DNA of 64,000 nt from a bacterium (lineage in GTDB: Bacteria; RBG-13-61-14; DATKZS01), in assembly GCA_035527835.1 (NCBI GenBank), contig DATKZS010000116.1, positions 19,984 to 83,983 on the forward strand, written 5' to 3'. The translations under genes were made by a program, and so were the position numbers. How positions within the stretch are numbered: position 1 is the stretch's first letter; the number at the start of each line of letters is the position of its first letter. Below are positions 9,666 to 19,195 of the stretch, in pieces. The notes below the pieces were generated by a model. The model saw only the letters and a list, made by a program, of their open reading frames with translations, was not told the origin of the DNA and did no database searches.

Positions 9666-12130
9666 CCTCCGATCCGGACCGCGGACTGCGCGGACGTGAT
9701 GTTATGGGCGAAGTCCTCGGCGGTGATGTTGATTACGTACTGCCCGGGCGGAAACGATGGCGGGATCAGGATGCGGCCGCGGTTCACTCCGGCCTCCCGG
9801 TCCCACTTGACGCTCACGGCGGGAAGCGCGGCGAGGCTGGCCGTGATCCGCCGCGTGTCGGGGTCCGCGTCCACGAACAGGTCGAGGCCCTGGCCCGGCC
9901 GGACCGCGCCGAGCCTGATCTTTAGGCGCGGCGGCGCGCTGTCCACGATGAATTCCTTGTACTCCATCCGCTTCGTCCCCGCCTCATCCGTGAGCACCAG
10001 CCGGCAGAAGTACCTCCCGTCCTTCATCCAGCCCGGGACCAGGAAGCGGGCCTCCCAGACCTGTGCCGACGCCACGTAGCGCATCGGGACCGCCAGGCCG
10101 AACGGGAACAGCGCGATGATCGAGCGCGTGCCCGCGTCGGCCTTCACCGTGAGGATCGGGTCGAACGGACGGATCACGCGCGGCCTGAGAAAAGCCCGCG
10201 GCGCCACCAGGTACGAGGTGTACGGAGTGGGGAACTTGTAGCGCTTGGACAGCGCCACGATCTCGTCAACCCATTCCTCGCGCCCGCCCTCGTCCCGGAT
10301 CCGGCCGAGCAACGCCTCCACCCTGCGCTCCGCCCACAGCCGCGCCACGAAATCGTTCTCAACTTTGTGCTCCGGGAACGCGGCCGTCTCCGCGAGCGTC
10401 ACCGCATTGCCCGCGCGCTGCCCCGTGACCTTCACCACCGACTGCGGCATGGGGGTGCGGTAACGTCCGACCCAGCTCAGCGACTCCTGGTTGAACGCGG
10501 CGAGCGGTACGGAGGGATATACCATCTCCGCGCCCAGCGCCGGGTCGAACGAAGGCGCCACTCCGCGCACCGGCACTCCGGAGAGCGCCGCGTTAAAAGC
10601 CTTAAGCTTGTCGCCCAGGTCCTCCGTCTCCCGCGCCCAGATATAATAGCCGCCCGAATCCCGCGCCAGGTCCGTGAGCAGAGGGCCATTGACGCCATCG
10701 CCGATACCGAAGATGTAGAGCGCGCCGATCTCTGCTCCCTGGCCGTCCTGGTTCTTTTCCCGCACGGCCTCCCGCACCGCGGCGTGCTTGATGGTGTCGA
10801 GCGTGGGCTGGCCGTCGGTGATGGCGATGACCTGCCGCCGCCGGCCGGAGTCCCGGCCGCCAAACGCCGCGAGCGCCAGGACCAGGCCCTGCTTAAGCGG
10901 CGTCCCGCCGGTGAGGGGCGTATCGCGGAGGAAGTCCATGGCGCTGTTCTTGGAAGAGGCCGTCGCGGGCGCGGGATTTTTCTTCCAGAAGGTCACCTCG
11001 CGGCCCATCGTGGCGACCGTGAAGTTGTCGCCGGCGGTGAGGCCGTCGAGCACCGACGCAAAAACCTGGGCCGCCTTCTCCAGTTTCTCGAACTGCATGG
11101 AGAGCGAGGTGTCGAAGAGCACGACCACGTCGCGGCCCGGCCCTCTTGCACTGCGTTTCTCCGCTTCCAGCGGCTCGGGTCCTGCCGTCTCATTGAAAAA
11201 CGCCTCGGCCAGGAAATATCCGGAGTCGTCCTGGTATTTTGGGCCGCCGGCGGCTGAGGTATCGAGCCGCTCGGTCTCGACGTCGCGATAGGCGAGAACG
11301 CTCAGCCTGCTCCGGCCGCGCCCGAACGGGATGGTGACCACGAGGTCGCGGTCAAGGTCAATGGAAGAGCCCTCATAGCCCGCCTCCCACGAACAGAAGC
11401 CGTCCCCCGCCGTCTTTACAAGCCCTCCGGACGACAGGCCCATGCCCGCCGGAACCATGACTTGCGGCTCCCCGAGCGGGCAGACGTCGGTGGCCTTGAT
11501 GGTGATCCGGCAATGGCCGGCCTTGTCCGCGGCAAGCTCGGGCCCGGACTTCGTGGGCAGGACGAACCCGCGCTTTGCCGACCGCACCGGGACCCAGGCA
11601 TGGAACGCGGCCTCCACCCTTCTGGTGCCGTAGCCCGGAATCGGCGCGACGCGCACCTGAAAAGCGTCGGTCATCTCGGCCTCCGGGGCCTCCAAGAGCG
11701 CCGGGTCAATCATGCGCTCCACGATGTCGGTAAAGGCGCGTTTTCCCCGCTCCCGCTCGATCACCACCGCATCCGTCCACCGCCCGTCGTCCCACACCCC
11801 GAAATCCATGAGCGAGGCGTCGGCCGGGAGCTTCAGGTAATACGAACCCATCACCGCCTGCTCATAATGGTTCTCGAAAACCTGCCGCACGCGCGTCTGG
11901 GCGAACCCGCCGTCAATCGTCACCTCGATTTCCAGGTCGCGCAGGCTGATCGCGCCCTTCGGAACATTGCCCTCCTGCCACTCCACCACCTTGAACGCGC
12001 CGATCTCCGCCCCCGCCCCCGCGCTCAAGATAATGAAGACGATGAGCATGGCCGCGCCGAGAAAAAAGGCCGCTCTGTTGCGAGGATGCCGGCCCGGTTC
12101 CGGGCCCTCGGCCGGCTTCAATATTTTCAT
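9662..12130 (-). CDS. VIT + von Willebrand A domain protein (inter-alpha-trypsin-inhibitor-like) with C-terminal Ig-like extension
   Basis: VIT pattern (IEVTIDGGFAQTRVRQVFEN..Y.LKLPADA..DPALLE); intact MIDAS DTSLSM..GGT..ITDG; ITIH-like ARLWAERRV..TPYTSYLV; start 12130 from ATGA overlap; N-terminal hydrophobic segment. Confidence 0.9.
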   Translation of the reverse strand: MKILKPAEGPEPGRHPRNRAAFFLGAAMLIVFIILSAGAGAEIGAFKVVEWQEGNVPKGAISLRDLEIEVTIDGGFAQTRVRQVFENHYEQAVMGSYYLKLPADASLMDFGVWDDGRWTDAVVIERERGKRAFTDIVERMIDPALLEAPEAEMTDAFQVRVAPIPGYGTRRVEAAFHAWVPVRSAKRGFVLPTKSGPELAADKAGHCRITIKATDVCPLGEPQVMVPAGMGLSSGGLVKTAGDGFCSWEAGYEGSSIDLDRDLVVTIPFGRGRSRLSVLAYRDVETERLDTSAAGGPKYQDDSGYFLAEAFFNETAGPEPLEAEKRSARGPGRDVVVLFDTSLSMQFEKLEKAAQVFASVLDGLTAGDNFTVATMGREVTFWKKNPAPATASSKNSAMDFLRDTPLTGGTPLKQGLVLALAAFGGRDSGRRRQVIAITDGQPTLDTIKHAAVREAVREKNQDGQGAEIGALYIFGIGDGVNGPLLTDLARDSGGYYIWARETEDLGDKLKAFNAALSGVPVRGVAPSFDPALGAEMVYPSVPLAAFNQESLSWVGRYRTPMPQSVVKVTGQRAGNAVTLAETAAFPEHKVENDFVARLWAERRVEALLGRIRDEGGREEWVDEIVALSKRYKFPTPYTSYLVAPRAFLRPRVIRPFDPILTVKADAGTRSIIALFPFGLAVPMRYVASAQVWEARFLVPGWMKDGRYFCRLVLTDEAGTKRMEYKEFIVDSAPPRLKIRLGAVRPGQGLDLFVDADPDTRRITASLAALPAVSVKWDREAGVNRGRILIPPSFPPGQYVINITAEDFAHNITSAQSAVRIGG

Positions 12131-14016
12131 TTTAGAAGCTCCTCCGCCTCCAGGACGCACAGTCCGCAGTCCGTGGCCAGCGCAACCTTCCGTCCCGACG
12201 GCGTGTTCCAGATAGCGATGCCGGTGACGTTTTCCGAGGTCAGCCCGCCCCGCCACGGCCTGTCCTCCCCGGTTTCCGGGTCAATCACAAAAAGGCCGGA
12301 GTCGAAAGTGCCGGCCACGAGCTTGTTGTCAGCGATGATCATGGCGTTCTGGTTGACATTGAGCCGGCCCAGGGCGGAAAAGGATGAGAGCCACTTCCCG
12401 TCCCCTGTGAGGGCCGACACGCCGCCGCCGAAGGTCCCCACATACAACCGCCCGCCGCCGGAGGCCAGCGCGGTGATCCAGTTGTGGCGAAGCGGCGAGC
12501 CGGCCGCGGTGAAGCTCTGTTGCGCGCGGCGGCCGTGGACCAGCGACAGTCCTCCCAACGTTCCCGCGGCCATTATATCTCCGATTGGGGCGAGAGAGTA
12601 AACGTGATTATTGACGAGTCCGTTGAAGGCGGTGATGCTCTCCAGCCCGGAGCTTAGCCGGAAGGTGATGCCCCGATTGGTGGCGATGGCAAGACCGCCG
12701 TTTTGAAGCGGCAGCACGTCGAACACGGTCTCTCCGATCAGCCCGTCCTCTTTGGTGATCTTGCCGGTGAGCCTGGCGCCGGAGTAGATCAGCACGCCGC
12801 GGCTCGTGCCCACGTACATGAGGCCCTCGCGGGCGCTGGGCCGGATGCAGTCAATGGCCTCGAAGCCCGGCTCGGTGAGGTTCGCGCGCAGGGCATAATC
12901 GGAACCCATCACGTCCACGCCGTGCTCGAACGTCCCGATCCATAAGCCGCCCTCCGGCCCGGCCGCCACGGCGGTCAGGCGGTTTTCCGAGAGCGCTTCC
13001 GTCTCGAGCGGGAACAGGGATGGAGGCCCGCCCGGGCCGTCCACCGCCGCCAGGCCTCGCTCGCCCATCGCCGTCAATGCCTGGCCGAGCACCGCCGCCT
13101 TGCTGACCATCCAGCCCAGCGGCTCTTTCTTCACGCTCCGGCCGCTGATCCGGATGACGCCCTGGTCCAGAGCCGCCACCACGACGTCCTCGCCCGCCGC
13201 CGTTATTGATGACACGTACACGTCGGGACGGACGACGCTGACCGGCTGGCCCCGCCGCCATTCCATGAGCGCGAGCGGGCTGCCGATGAGCAGTCTGCCG
13301 CCCTGGGAGGCCAGCGCCGTCACCGGTTCGAGCAGGCCCTGGTCCCCGCCAAGCCGCGTCTTTTGCCCGCCGGAAATAACGATGACACCGCTCTTCCACG
13401 TGCCCACCGCGAGCCCGGCCTCGAACGGGCACAATGCGCTCACCATCAGCTCCGGCTCGTCCGTGAACGCCTGAGAGTAACGGAACTCGCCGCCCTCGTA
13501 CTCGATGAGCCCCCCGCCCTGGGTGCCGATCAGCACGCTGTTGCCGCCGGCCTGCAGACAGGTGATTTTATTGGCGCGCGGGTTCTTGAAGCGATAGGAG
13601 CGCATGCGCTTCCGGCCGATCACCGCGAGTCCGCCGTCGGCCCCGGCAAAAAGCAGATCGCGCCAGAGGGCGAGGCAGGCGATCCTGGTCCCGGGCAGGC
13701 CGTCAACCGCCGTGAGCGCCGTGGCGCCCGAGTCGCGCCGGATGACCAGCCCGCCGTCAGTGGCCAGCACCAGCGCGCCTTGCCAATACACCGCGTCGTT
13801 CACCGGCAGAAGCCTGGTGACCGCCCGGACGCGGCCGGACGGGACCGAGGGCAGGGCAACATCGGACACCAGCTCCGCGCCCGGGCCTTTCCCGCCCCTT
13901 TCCTGTTCCGCCGTGGAAACCGCCCGCTCCACCGAGCGCCGGAGAGAAAAATACAGTGCGGCGCAGATGACCAGCAACACGGCCGCCGCCACGAACAGAT
14001 ATGCCTTCTTCCTCAC
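12127..14016 (-). CDS. Membrane-anchored two-component-regulator-type beta-propeller protein, no catalytic output domain
   Basis: Repeats such as LSENRLTAVAAGPEGGLWIGTFEHGV, LVNNHVYSL..AGTLGGL, LRHNWITAL..VGTFGGGV; N-terminal TM; start re-picked at GTG 14016 because the ORF-track start lies on a TATAAT box. Confidence 0.8.
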   Translation of the reverse strand: MRKKAYLFVAAAVLLVICAALYFSLRRSVERAVSTAEQERGGKGPGAELVSDVALPSVPSGRVRAVTRLLPVNDAVYWQGALVLATDGGLVIRRDSGATALTAVDGLPGTRIACLALWRDLLFAGADGGLAVIGRKRMRSYRFKNPRANKITCLQAGGNSVLIGTQGGGLIEYEGGEFRYSQAFTDEPELMVSALCPFEAGLAVGTWKSGVIVISGGQKTRLGGDQGLLEPVTALASQGGRLLIGSPLALMEWRRGQPVSVVRPDVYVSSITAAGEDVVVAALDQGVIRISGRSVKKEPLGWMVSKAAVLGQALTAMGERGLAAVDGPGGPPSLFPLETEALSENRLTAVAAGPEGGLWIGTFEHGVDVMGSDYALRANLTEPGFEAIDCIRPSAREGLMYVGTSRGVLIYSGARLTGKITKEDGLIGETVFDVLPLQNGGLAIATNRGITFRLSSGLESITAFNGLVNNHVYSLAPIGDIMAAGTLGGLSLVHGRRAQQSFTAAGSPLRHNWITALASGGGRLYVGTFGGGVSALTGDGKWLSSFSALGRLNVNQNAMIIADNKLVAGTFDSGLFVIDPETGEDRPWRGGLTSENVTGIAIWNTPSGRKVALATDCGLCVLEAEELLK

Positions 14017-14097
14017 CGGACAATAGTGTATATCAGGTCCGCGATTATACAAGGCTTGAGAACACGGCCCCCGCTAAGCCGCCGCCGGCCGCCGGAG

Positions 14098-14127
14098 TTG
14101 AACCAGGAACGCTTTTGCAACTATAAT
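14098..14127 (+). promoter_or_regulatory. Putative sigma70 promoter, near-leaderless
   Basis: TTGAAC-18 nt-TATAAT, ending 10 nt before ATG 14138; no SD sequence. Confidence 0.45.
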
Positions 14128-14137
14128 CTTTTGCACA

Positions 14138-14824
14138 ATGAACACGATCTATCATCTCCAGGCCGGCTCATTCATAGCCAACGCCCGGGACTATAATCTT
14201 CGGGAGCGGCGCCTCATCATGCTGGCCTCGCTGGCCCCCGACGCGGACGGCATCTTCTTTTTCAGCTCCGATTTATGGAACCGCTTCCATCACAGTTTCA
14301 GCCACAACATTTTTTCCATGCTCATCGTCGCGGCGGCGCTGGCCCTCTACAACCGCTCGCGCCGCATCGAGATCTTCGCGGTATGCGCCGTCTCGGCCAT
14401 TCTCCAGATCTTTATTGACGTCGTCACCAACGACCTCACCTGGCCCCAGCAGTTCCTCCGGCCCCTCACCGACGCCCAGATCAGCATCGGCTCTCTCACC
14501 GACTGGAAATACCTTAACACCCTCCAGGTGGTCTGGGTCCAGGGCTTCCTCATGATCGTGATCCTCGTGGGCACCGTCATTCTCTATAAAAAGACCGGCC
14601 GCACCTTCCTCGAGCTGATCTCTCCCCGCCTGGACCGGCTGCTCACGGATTTCATCGTGCTTTTCTTCACCCGGCGCTGCGCGGTGTGCAACGCGCGGGC
14701 GCTGTATCGCGATACCGGGCGCGGCGACTTTCTGTGCGCCAACCATGCCCGGGTCCGCCGCGACCTGACCATATCCAGGAAAAACGTTGGGGGAGAGGAC
14801 GGGACGGGAGATCATCATGATTGA
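14138..14824 (+). CDS. YdjM/LexA-binding-type inner-membrane metal-dependent hydrolase with C-terminal Cys/His motif
   Basis: YH..G, ASLAPDADG and HHSFSHN motifs, several TM segments; C-terminal CAVC-x15-CANH. Confidence 0.7.
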   Translation: MNTIYHLQAGSFIANARDYNLRERRLIMLASLAPDADGIFFFSSDLWNRFHHSFSHNIFSMLIVAAALALYNRSRRIEIFAVCAVSAILQIFIDVVTNDLTWPQQFLRPLTDAQISIGSLTDWKYLNTLQVVWVQGFLMIVILVGTVILYKKTGRTFLELISPRLDRLLTDFIVLFFTRRCAVCNARALYRDTGRGDFLCANHARVRRDLTISRKNVGGEDGTGDHHD

Positions 14825-15575
14825 CATGCACAGCCACATCCTGCCCGGCCTGGATGACGGCGCCAGGACCATCGAGCAATCCGTGGAGATGGCGCGCGAA
14901 CTCATGCTGAACGGCTTTGAGGGCGTGGTGGCCACCCCCCACATTTATGAAAAGGACGGGGGTCGCCTGGCCCCCGCGGCCATCGAGGAGACGCTGCACG
15001 CCTTCCAGTCGCGGCTCCAGAGCGAAGGCATCTCGCTTACGGTCTACGGCGGGGCCGAGTATCTGCTCGACCGGCCGCTGCCCGAGCTGGTACGGCGGTG
15101 CCATCCGCTCGCGACCCTGGCCGGCGGCCTCTACATGCTGATCGAGCTGCCGGTGATGCAGTGGCCGAACTACCTGGAGTACTCGGTCATGCCGCTGGAG
15201 CAAGACCCGCCGGAGCTGCGCCACGTCCTTCCGTTTCTGCGTCCGGTGATCGCTCATCCGGAGCGCAGCCAGGAGGTCATGCGCGACCATCATCGGTTGT
15301 CCGGACTGCGCGACCTGGGTTACATGTTCCAGGTCAATCTGGAAAGCATCCTGGGGCTCACCGGCCGGCACGCGGCCAAGGTGATCAAGAAAATGGCCAA
15401 GGACGGACTGATTGACCTGGTCGGCACCGACGGCCACAGCCTGGAAGGGCTTAAAAAGCTTTTGCCCGATTGGCGCCGCCACGCCGAAAAGGTCATCGGC
15501 CGCGAGCGCGCCGAGCTCGTCCTCGACGAAAACCCCCGCCGCGTCGTGAATAACCAGGCCATTGATCTCGATTAG
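14817..15575 (+). CDS. CpsB/CapC-family PHP tyrosine-protein phosphatase
   Basis: MIDMHSHILPGLDDGA, ATPH, IAHPERS and GTDGH motifs. Confidence 0.9.
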   Translation: MIDMHSHILPGLDDGARTIEQSVEMARELMLNGFEGVVATPHIYEKDGGRLAPAAIEETLHAFQSRLQSEGISLTVYGGAEYLLDRPLPELVRRCHPLATLAGGLYMLIELPVMQWPNYLEYSVMPLEQDPPELRHVLPFLRPVIAHPERSQEVMRDHHRLSGLRDLGYMFQVNLESILGLTGRHAAKVIKKMAKDGLIDLVGTDGHSLEGLKKLLPDWRRHAEKVIGRERAELVLDENPRRVVNNQAIDLD

Positions 15576-15585
15576 TGGAACGATC

Positions 15586-16677
15586 ATGACTCCGAAAAAA
15601 AATAATCCGCCCGCGCTGTACGCGGTGATCATGGCCGGCGGGTCCGGCCGCCGCTTCTGGCCCAGGAGCCGCAAGCAGCGGCCCAAGCAGCTCCTGGCCC
15701 TGGGCGCCGGCGGGCCCCTGGTGCGCGAGACCCTGGACCGGCTCCTGCCCCTTTGCCCGCCCCGCCGGATCTATGTCTCGTGCGGCCGGGACATCGCCGC
15801 GGCCATTGCCGCCGCGCTGCCCGAAGTCCCCCAAAGCAACTTCATCATCGAGCCGGTCGGACGCGACACCGCCCCTTGCGTGGGCCTCGCCCTCCAACAC
15901 CTCGCCGCCGCCGGCATTGCCGACGACGCGGTCATGGCCGTGCTGCCCGCCGACCATTGCATCGGCAGGCCCGCCCGCTTCCGATCAACCCTGGCCCGCG
16001 CCGCCGCCGCGGCCAGGCGCCAAAAGCTCATCGTGACCATCGGCATCGTACCCGACCGGCCCAGCGCCGCCTACGGATACATCCAGCCCGCGGCCCCGGC
16101 GCCGGGCGAAAAAGGCGCGCGCCGAGTCAAGCGCTTCGTGGAGAAGCCGGACCTGAAAACCGCGCGCAGGTACATCGAGCGCGGGTTCCTCTGGAACGCC
16201 GGCATGTTCGTGTTCCGCCTCGACGTCATGCGCGAGGCCTATCGAAAATTTCTTCCCGACATGGCCGCGGACCTCGAAAAAATCGGCGCGACCGACGCCG
16301 GGACGCGGGCGCGCATTATCGCGCGCGTCTTTCCGGGACTTCGCAAGGTGAGCATTGATTACGGGATCATGGAAAAGGCCGGGAACGTCGCCGTGGTCCC
16401 CGGCGAATTCGACTGGTGCGACGTGGGCGGATGGGACGCCCTCTACCGCATGCAAGGCGGAGACGGCATCAAGAACATCGCGCAGGGCCCGGCCGAGTTC
16501 GTGGGCTCGCGCGGCTGTTACGTGGAGAGCGGGAAACTGGCGGCCCTGGTGGGAGTTCACGGCCTGGTGGTGATCGAGACGGACGACGCGATCCTCATCC
16601 TGCGCCGCGAGAGCGAGGCGGACCTGAAAAAGCTCACCGACCGCCTCGCCGCCAAGGGCCTCGCCCGACTCTTATAA
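15586..16677 (+). CDS. manC: Mannose-1-phosphate guanylyltransferase
   Basis: IMAGGSGRRFWPRSR..PKQ, EPVGRDTAP, PADH, FVEKP, WNAGMF, SIDYGIMEK, WCDVGGW. Confidence 0.9.
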   Translation: MTPKKNNPPALYAVIMAGGSGRRFWPRSRKQRPKQLLALGAGGPLVRETLDRLLPLCPPRRIYVSCGRDIAAAIAAALPEVPQSNFIIEPVGRDTAPCVGLALQHLAAAGIADDAVMAVLPADHCIGRPARFRSTLARAAAAARRQKLIVTIGIVPDRPSAAYGYIQPAAPAPGEKGARRVKRFVEKPDLKTARRYIERGFLWNAGMFVFRLDVMREAYRKFLPDMAADLEKIGATDAGTRARIIARVFPGLRKVSIDYGIMEKAGNVAVVPGEFDWCDVGGWDALYRMQGGDGIKNIAQGPAEFVGSRGCYVESGKLAALVGVHGLVVIETDDAILILRRESEADLKKLTDRLAAKGLARLL

Positions 16678-16701
16678 TTATGGAGTGCGGCGGCGGAACC
16701 T

Positions 16702-17646
16702 GTGGGAGGCAGTAATAACTTGAAAATTTTGGTCACCGGCGGCGCGGGCTTCATCGGCTCTCACGTCGCGGAGGCGTTCCATAACGCCGGCCACCAGGCG
16801 CTGGCCCTGGACGACCTGTCGCGCGGCAAAAAGGATAACCTGGCGCCGGGCATCGGGCTCGAAGCCGCGGACATCAGGGACCGGGCCGCGCTGGAAAAAA
16901 TCTTCAAGGAGTTCGGGCCGGAGGTCGTGTGCCATCACGCCGCGCAGGTGAGCGTGCGCGATTCGGTGGCCGACCCGGTGCATGACGCGGACATCAACGT
17001 GAAGGGGAGCCTGTGCCTGCTCGAGGCCTGCGTCCGGCGCCGGGTCAAGCGCTTCATGTTCGCGTCCACCGGCGGCGCCATTTACGGCGAGCAGGAAAAG
17101 TTCCCGGCGGCCGAGGACCACCCGGCGCGGCCGCTCTCGCCCTATGCCGTGGCCAAGCTCGCCGTGGAAAAGTATCTTTACTTTTACGAGCGGACCTACG
17201 GGCTCGCCTGGACGGCGCTGCGCTACAGCAACGTTTACGGGCCGCGGCAGGACCCTCACGGGGAGGCCGGCGTGGTCGCCATCTTCACCGAGCGCCTGCT
17301 TCAGGGGGAGGCGCCGGTGATCAACGGCGACGGCGGCCAGACGCGCGACTTCGTATTTGTGGAGGACGTGGCGCGGGCGAACCTCATGGCGCTTACGCGC
17401 GGCGTGACCGGCCCGGTGAACGTGGCCACGGGCCGGGAGGCGTCGGTCAACGATATTTTCGGTCTGCTCCGCGGTCTCACCGGCTCGCGCGCCGAAGAGA
17501 TCCACGGCCCGGCCAAGCCGGGAGAGCAGAGACGGAGCGTGCTCGATCCGTCGCTGGCCAGGAAGGTCATGGGCTGGGAGCCGAGGGTCGGGCTCAAGGA
17601 CGGGCTGGCGAGGACGGCGGCCTATTTTTCCCAGATTTCTCCGTAG
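16702..17646 (+). CDS. NAD-dependent epimerase/dehydratase (UDP-glucose 4-epimerase-like SDR)
   Basis: TGGAGFIGS, ASTGGAIYG, YAVAK (YxxxK), RYSNVYGPRQ, RDFVFV. Confidence 0.9.
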   Translation: MGGSNNLKILVTGGAGFIGSHVAEAFHNAGHQALALDDLSRGKKDNLAPGIGLEAADIRDRAALEKIFKEFGPEVVCHHAAQVSVRDSVADPVHDADINVKGSLCLLEACVRRRVKRFMFASTGGAIYGEQEKFPAAEDHPARPLSPYAVAKLAVEKYLYFYERTYGLAWTALRYSNVYGPRQDPHGEAGVVAIFTERLLQGEAPVINGDGGQTRDFVFVEDVARANLMALTRGVTGPVNVATGREASVNDIFGLLRGLTGSRAEEIHGPAKPGEQRRSVLDPSLARKVMGWEPRVGLKDGLARTAAYFSQISP

Positions 17647-18359
17647 TCCCTTCCCAGGTAGGCCCTTTTCACTTCCGGGTCGCGGATCAGCTTCTGGGCC
17701 TCCCCCTGCAGCACCACGCGGCCGACTTCCAGGACGTAGGCGCGGTCGGCCACCGCCAGCGCGGCCCGGGCGTTCTGCTCCACCAGCAGGATGGTGACGC
17801 CCTCCCCGCGCAGCGCGACAATGGTCGAGAAGACCTCCGCCACCAGCCGGGGCGCGAGCCCCATGGACGGCTCGTCGAGCAGCATGATGCGGGGCCGGCT
17901 CATGAGCGCCCGGGCAATGGCCAGCATCTGCTGCTCTCCGCCCGACAGCGTCCCCGCGATCTGGCGCTCACGCTCCTTGAGCACGGGGAAGCGCGCGAAC
18001 ATCCGCTCGATGTCCCGGCCCACCTCGCGCCGGCCCTCGCCGCGGAAGCGCAGGTAGGCCCCGAGCTCGAGGTTCTCGCGCACGGTCTGGCGCGAGAAGA
18101 TCTGCCTGCCCTCCGGCACCTGGCACACCCCGAGCCGCACGATCCGGTCCGGCCGCCTCCCCAAGATTTCCTCGTCCCGGAAGCGGATGCTGCCCTCCAC
18201 GCTCGGCATCACCCCGCTGATGGCGTTCAGGAGCGTGGTCTTGCCCGCCCCGTTCGCGCCGATCAGCGCCACGATCTCCTTTTCCTGAACGTGCAGCGAC
18301 ACTCCGTGCAGCGCCTTGATCTTGCCGTAGGCCGCGGTGAGGTTCTTGAGGCGCAGCAT
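17622..18359 (-). CDS. livF: Branched-chain/HAAT-family ABC transporter ATP-binding protein
   Basis: GANGAGKTT, VPEGRQIF, LSGGEQQMLAIARALM, LLDEPSMGL. Confidence 0.92.
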   Translation of the reverse strand: MLRLKNLTAAYGKIKALHGVSLHVQEKEIVALIGANGAGKTTLLNAISGVMPSVEGSIRFRDEEILGRRPDRIVRLGVCQVPEGRQIFSRQTVRENLELGAYLRFRGEGRREVGRDIERMFARFPVLKERERQIAGTLSGGEQQMLAIARALMSRPRIMLLDEPSMGLAPRLVAEVFSTIVALRGEGVTILLVEQNARAALAVADRAYVLEVGRVVLQGEAQKLIRDPEVKRAYLGRDYGEIWEK

Positions 18360-19195
18360 TACGCGCCCCCCTCGCCGTCCGCGCACTCCGCCACGGACCC
18401 GCGCTCCGGCGTGTCCTTGACATGGCAGGCGGCGTCGCCCAGGTAGGCGGCGATGACCTCGGGATTGTTCTGGACCTCCCGCGGCAGGCCCTCCGCCAGC
18501 TTCCGCCCCTGGTTCAGCACCACCACGCGGTCGGAAATCTCCATGACCAGGCGCATGTCGTGCTCGACCACGATCACGGCGATGCCGCGGTCGCGGATGC
18601 CGCGGATGGTGTCGGCCATGCGGTCGGTCTCGGCGTGGTTCAGGCCGGCGGCGGGCTCGTCGAGGAGCAGGAGGCGGGGCTCGGAGGCCAGGGCGCGGGC
18701 GATCTCCAGCGCGCGCATCTTGCCGAACGGCAGGTTGGAGGCCAGGTCGGAGGCGCGGTCGGACATGGCGAGGTCATGGAGCAGCGAGAGCGCCCGGTCC
18801 CGGACCGCCCGCTCCTCGCGCCGCTCGGAGGGCAGCTTGAGCAGGCCGGAGACCAGGCCGGCCCGCGTGCGCGAGTGCATGCCGACCATCACCGTCTCCT
18901 GCACGGTCATGCCCGGGAAGAGGCGGACGTTCTGGAAGGTGCGGGCGATGCCGGCGGCGTTGATCTGGTGGGGCGCGAGCCGGGTGATCGGCTTGCCGTC
19001 GAAGACGACGTCGCCCCGGTCCGGCGCGATGATGCCGCTGATGACGTTGAACAGCGTGGTCTTGCCCGCGCCGTTGGGGCCGATCAGTCCGAGGATCTCG
19101 TCCTGGCCGACCCGCGCGTCCACCTCCGAGAGCGCGAGCACGCCTCCGAAGGCCTTGGTGACGCCCGCGATGCGGATGATCTCCGGGCCCCTCAT
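18359..19195 (-). CDS. livG: HAAT-family ABC transporter ATP-binding protein
   Basis: GPNGAGKTT, RTFQN, LLDEPAAGLN, VEHDM, AAYLG; start 19195 by ATGA overlap. Confidence 0.92.
   Translation of the reverse strand: MRGPEIIRIAGVTKAFGGVLALSEVDARVGQDEILGLIGPNGAGKTTLFNVISGIIAPDRGDVVFDGKPITRLAPHQINAAGIARTFQNVRLFPGMTVQETVMVGMHSRTRAGLVSGLLKLPSERREERAVRDRALSLLHDLAMSDRASDLASNLPFGKMRALEIARALASEPRLLLLDEPAAGLNHAETDRMADTIRGIRDRGIAVIVVEHDMRLVMEISDRVVVLNQGRKLAEGLPREVQNNPEVIAAYLGDAACHVKDTPERGSVAECADGEGGA

Noticed and set aside
17622-17646. 25-bp convergent overlap of the epimerase and livF 3' ends
   Set aside because: Short convergent overlaps are common; no further signal
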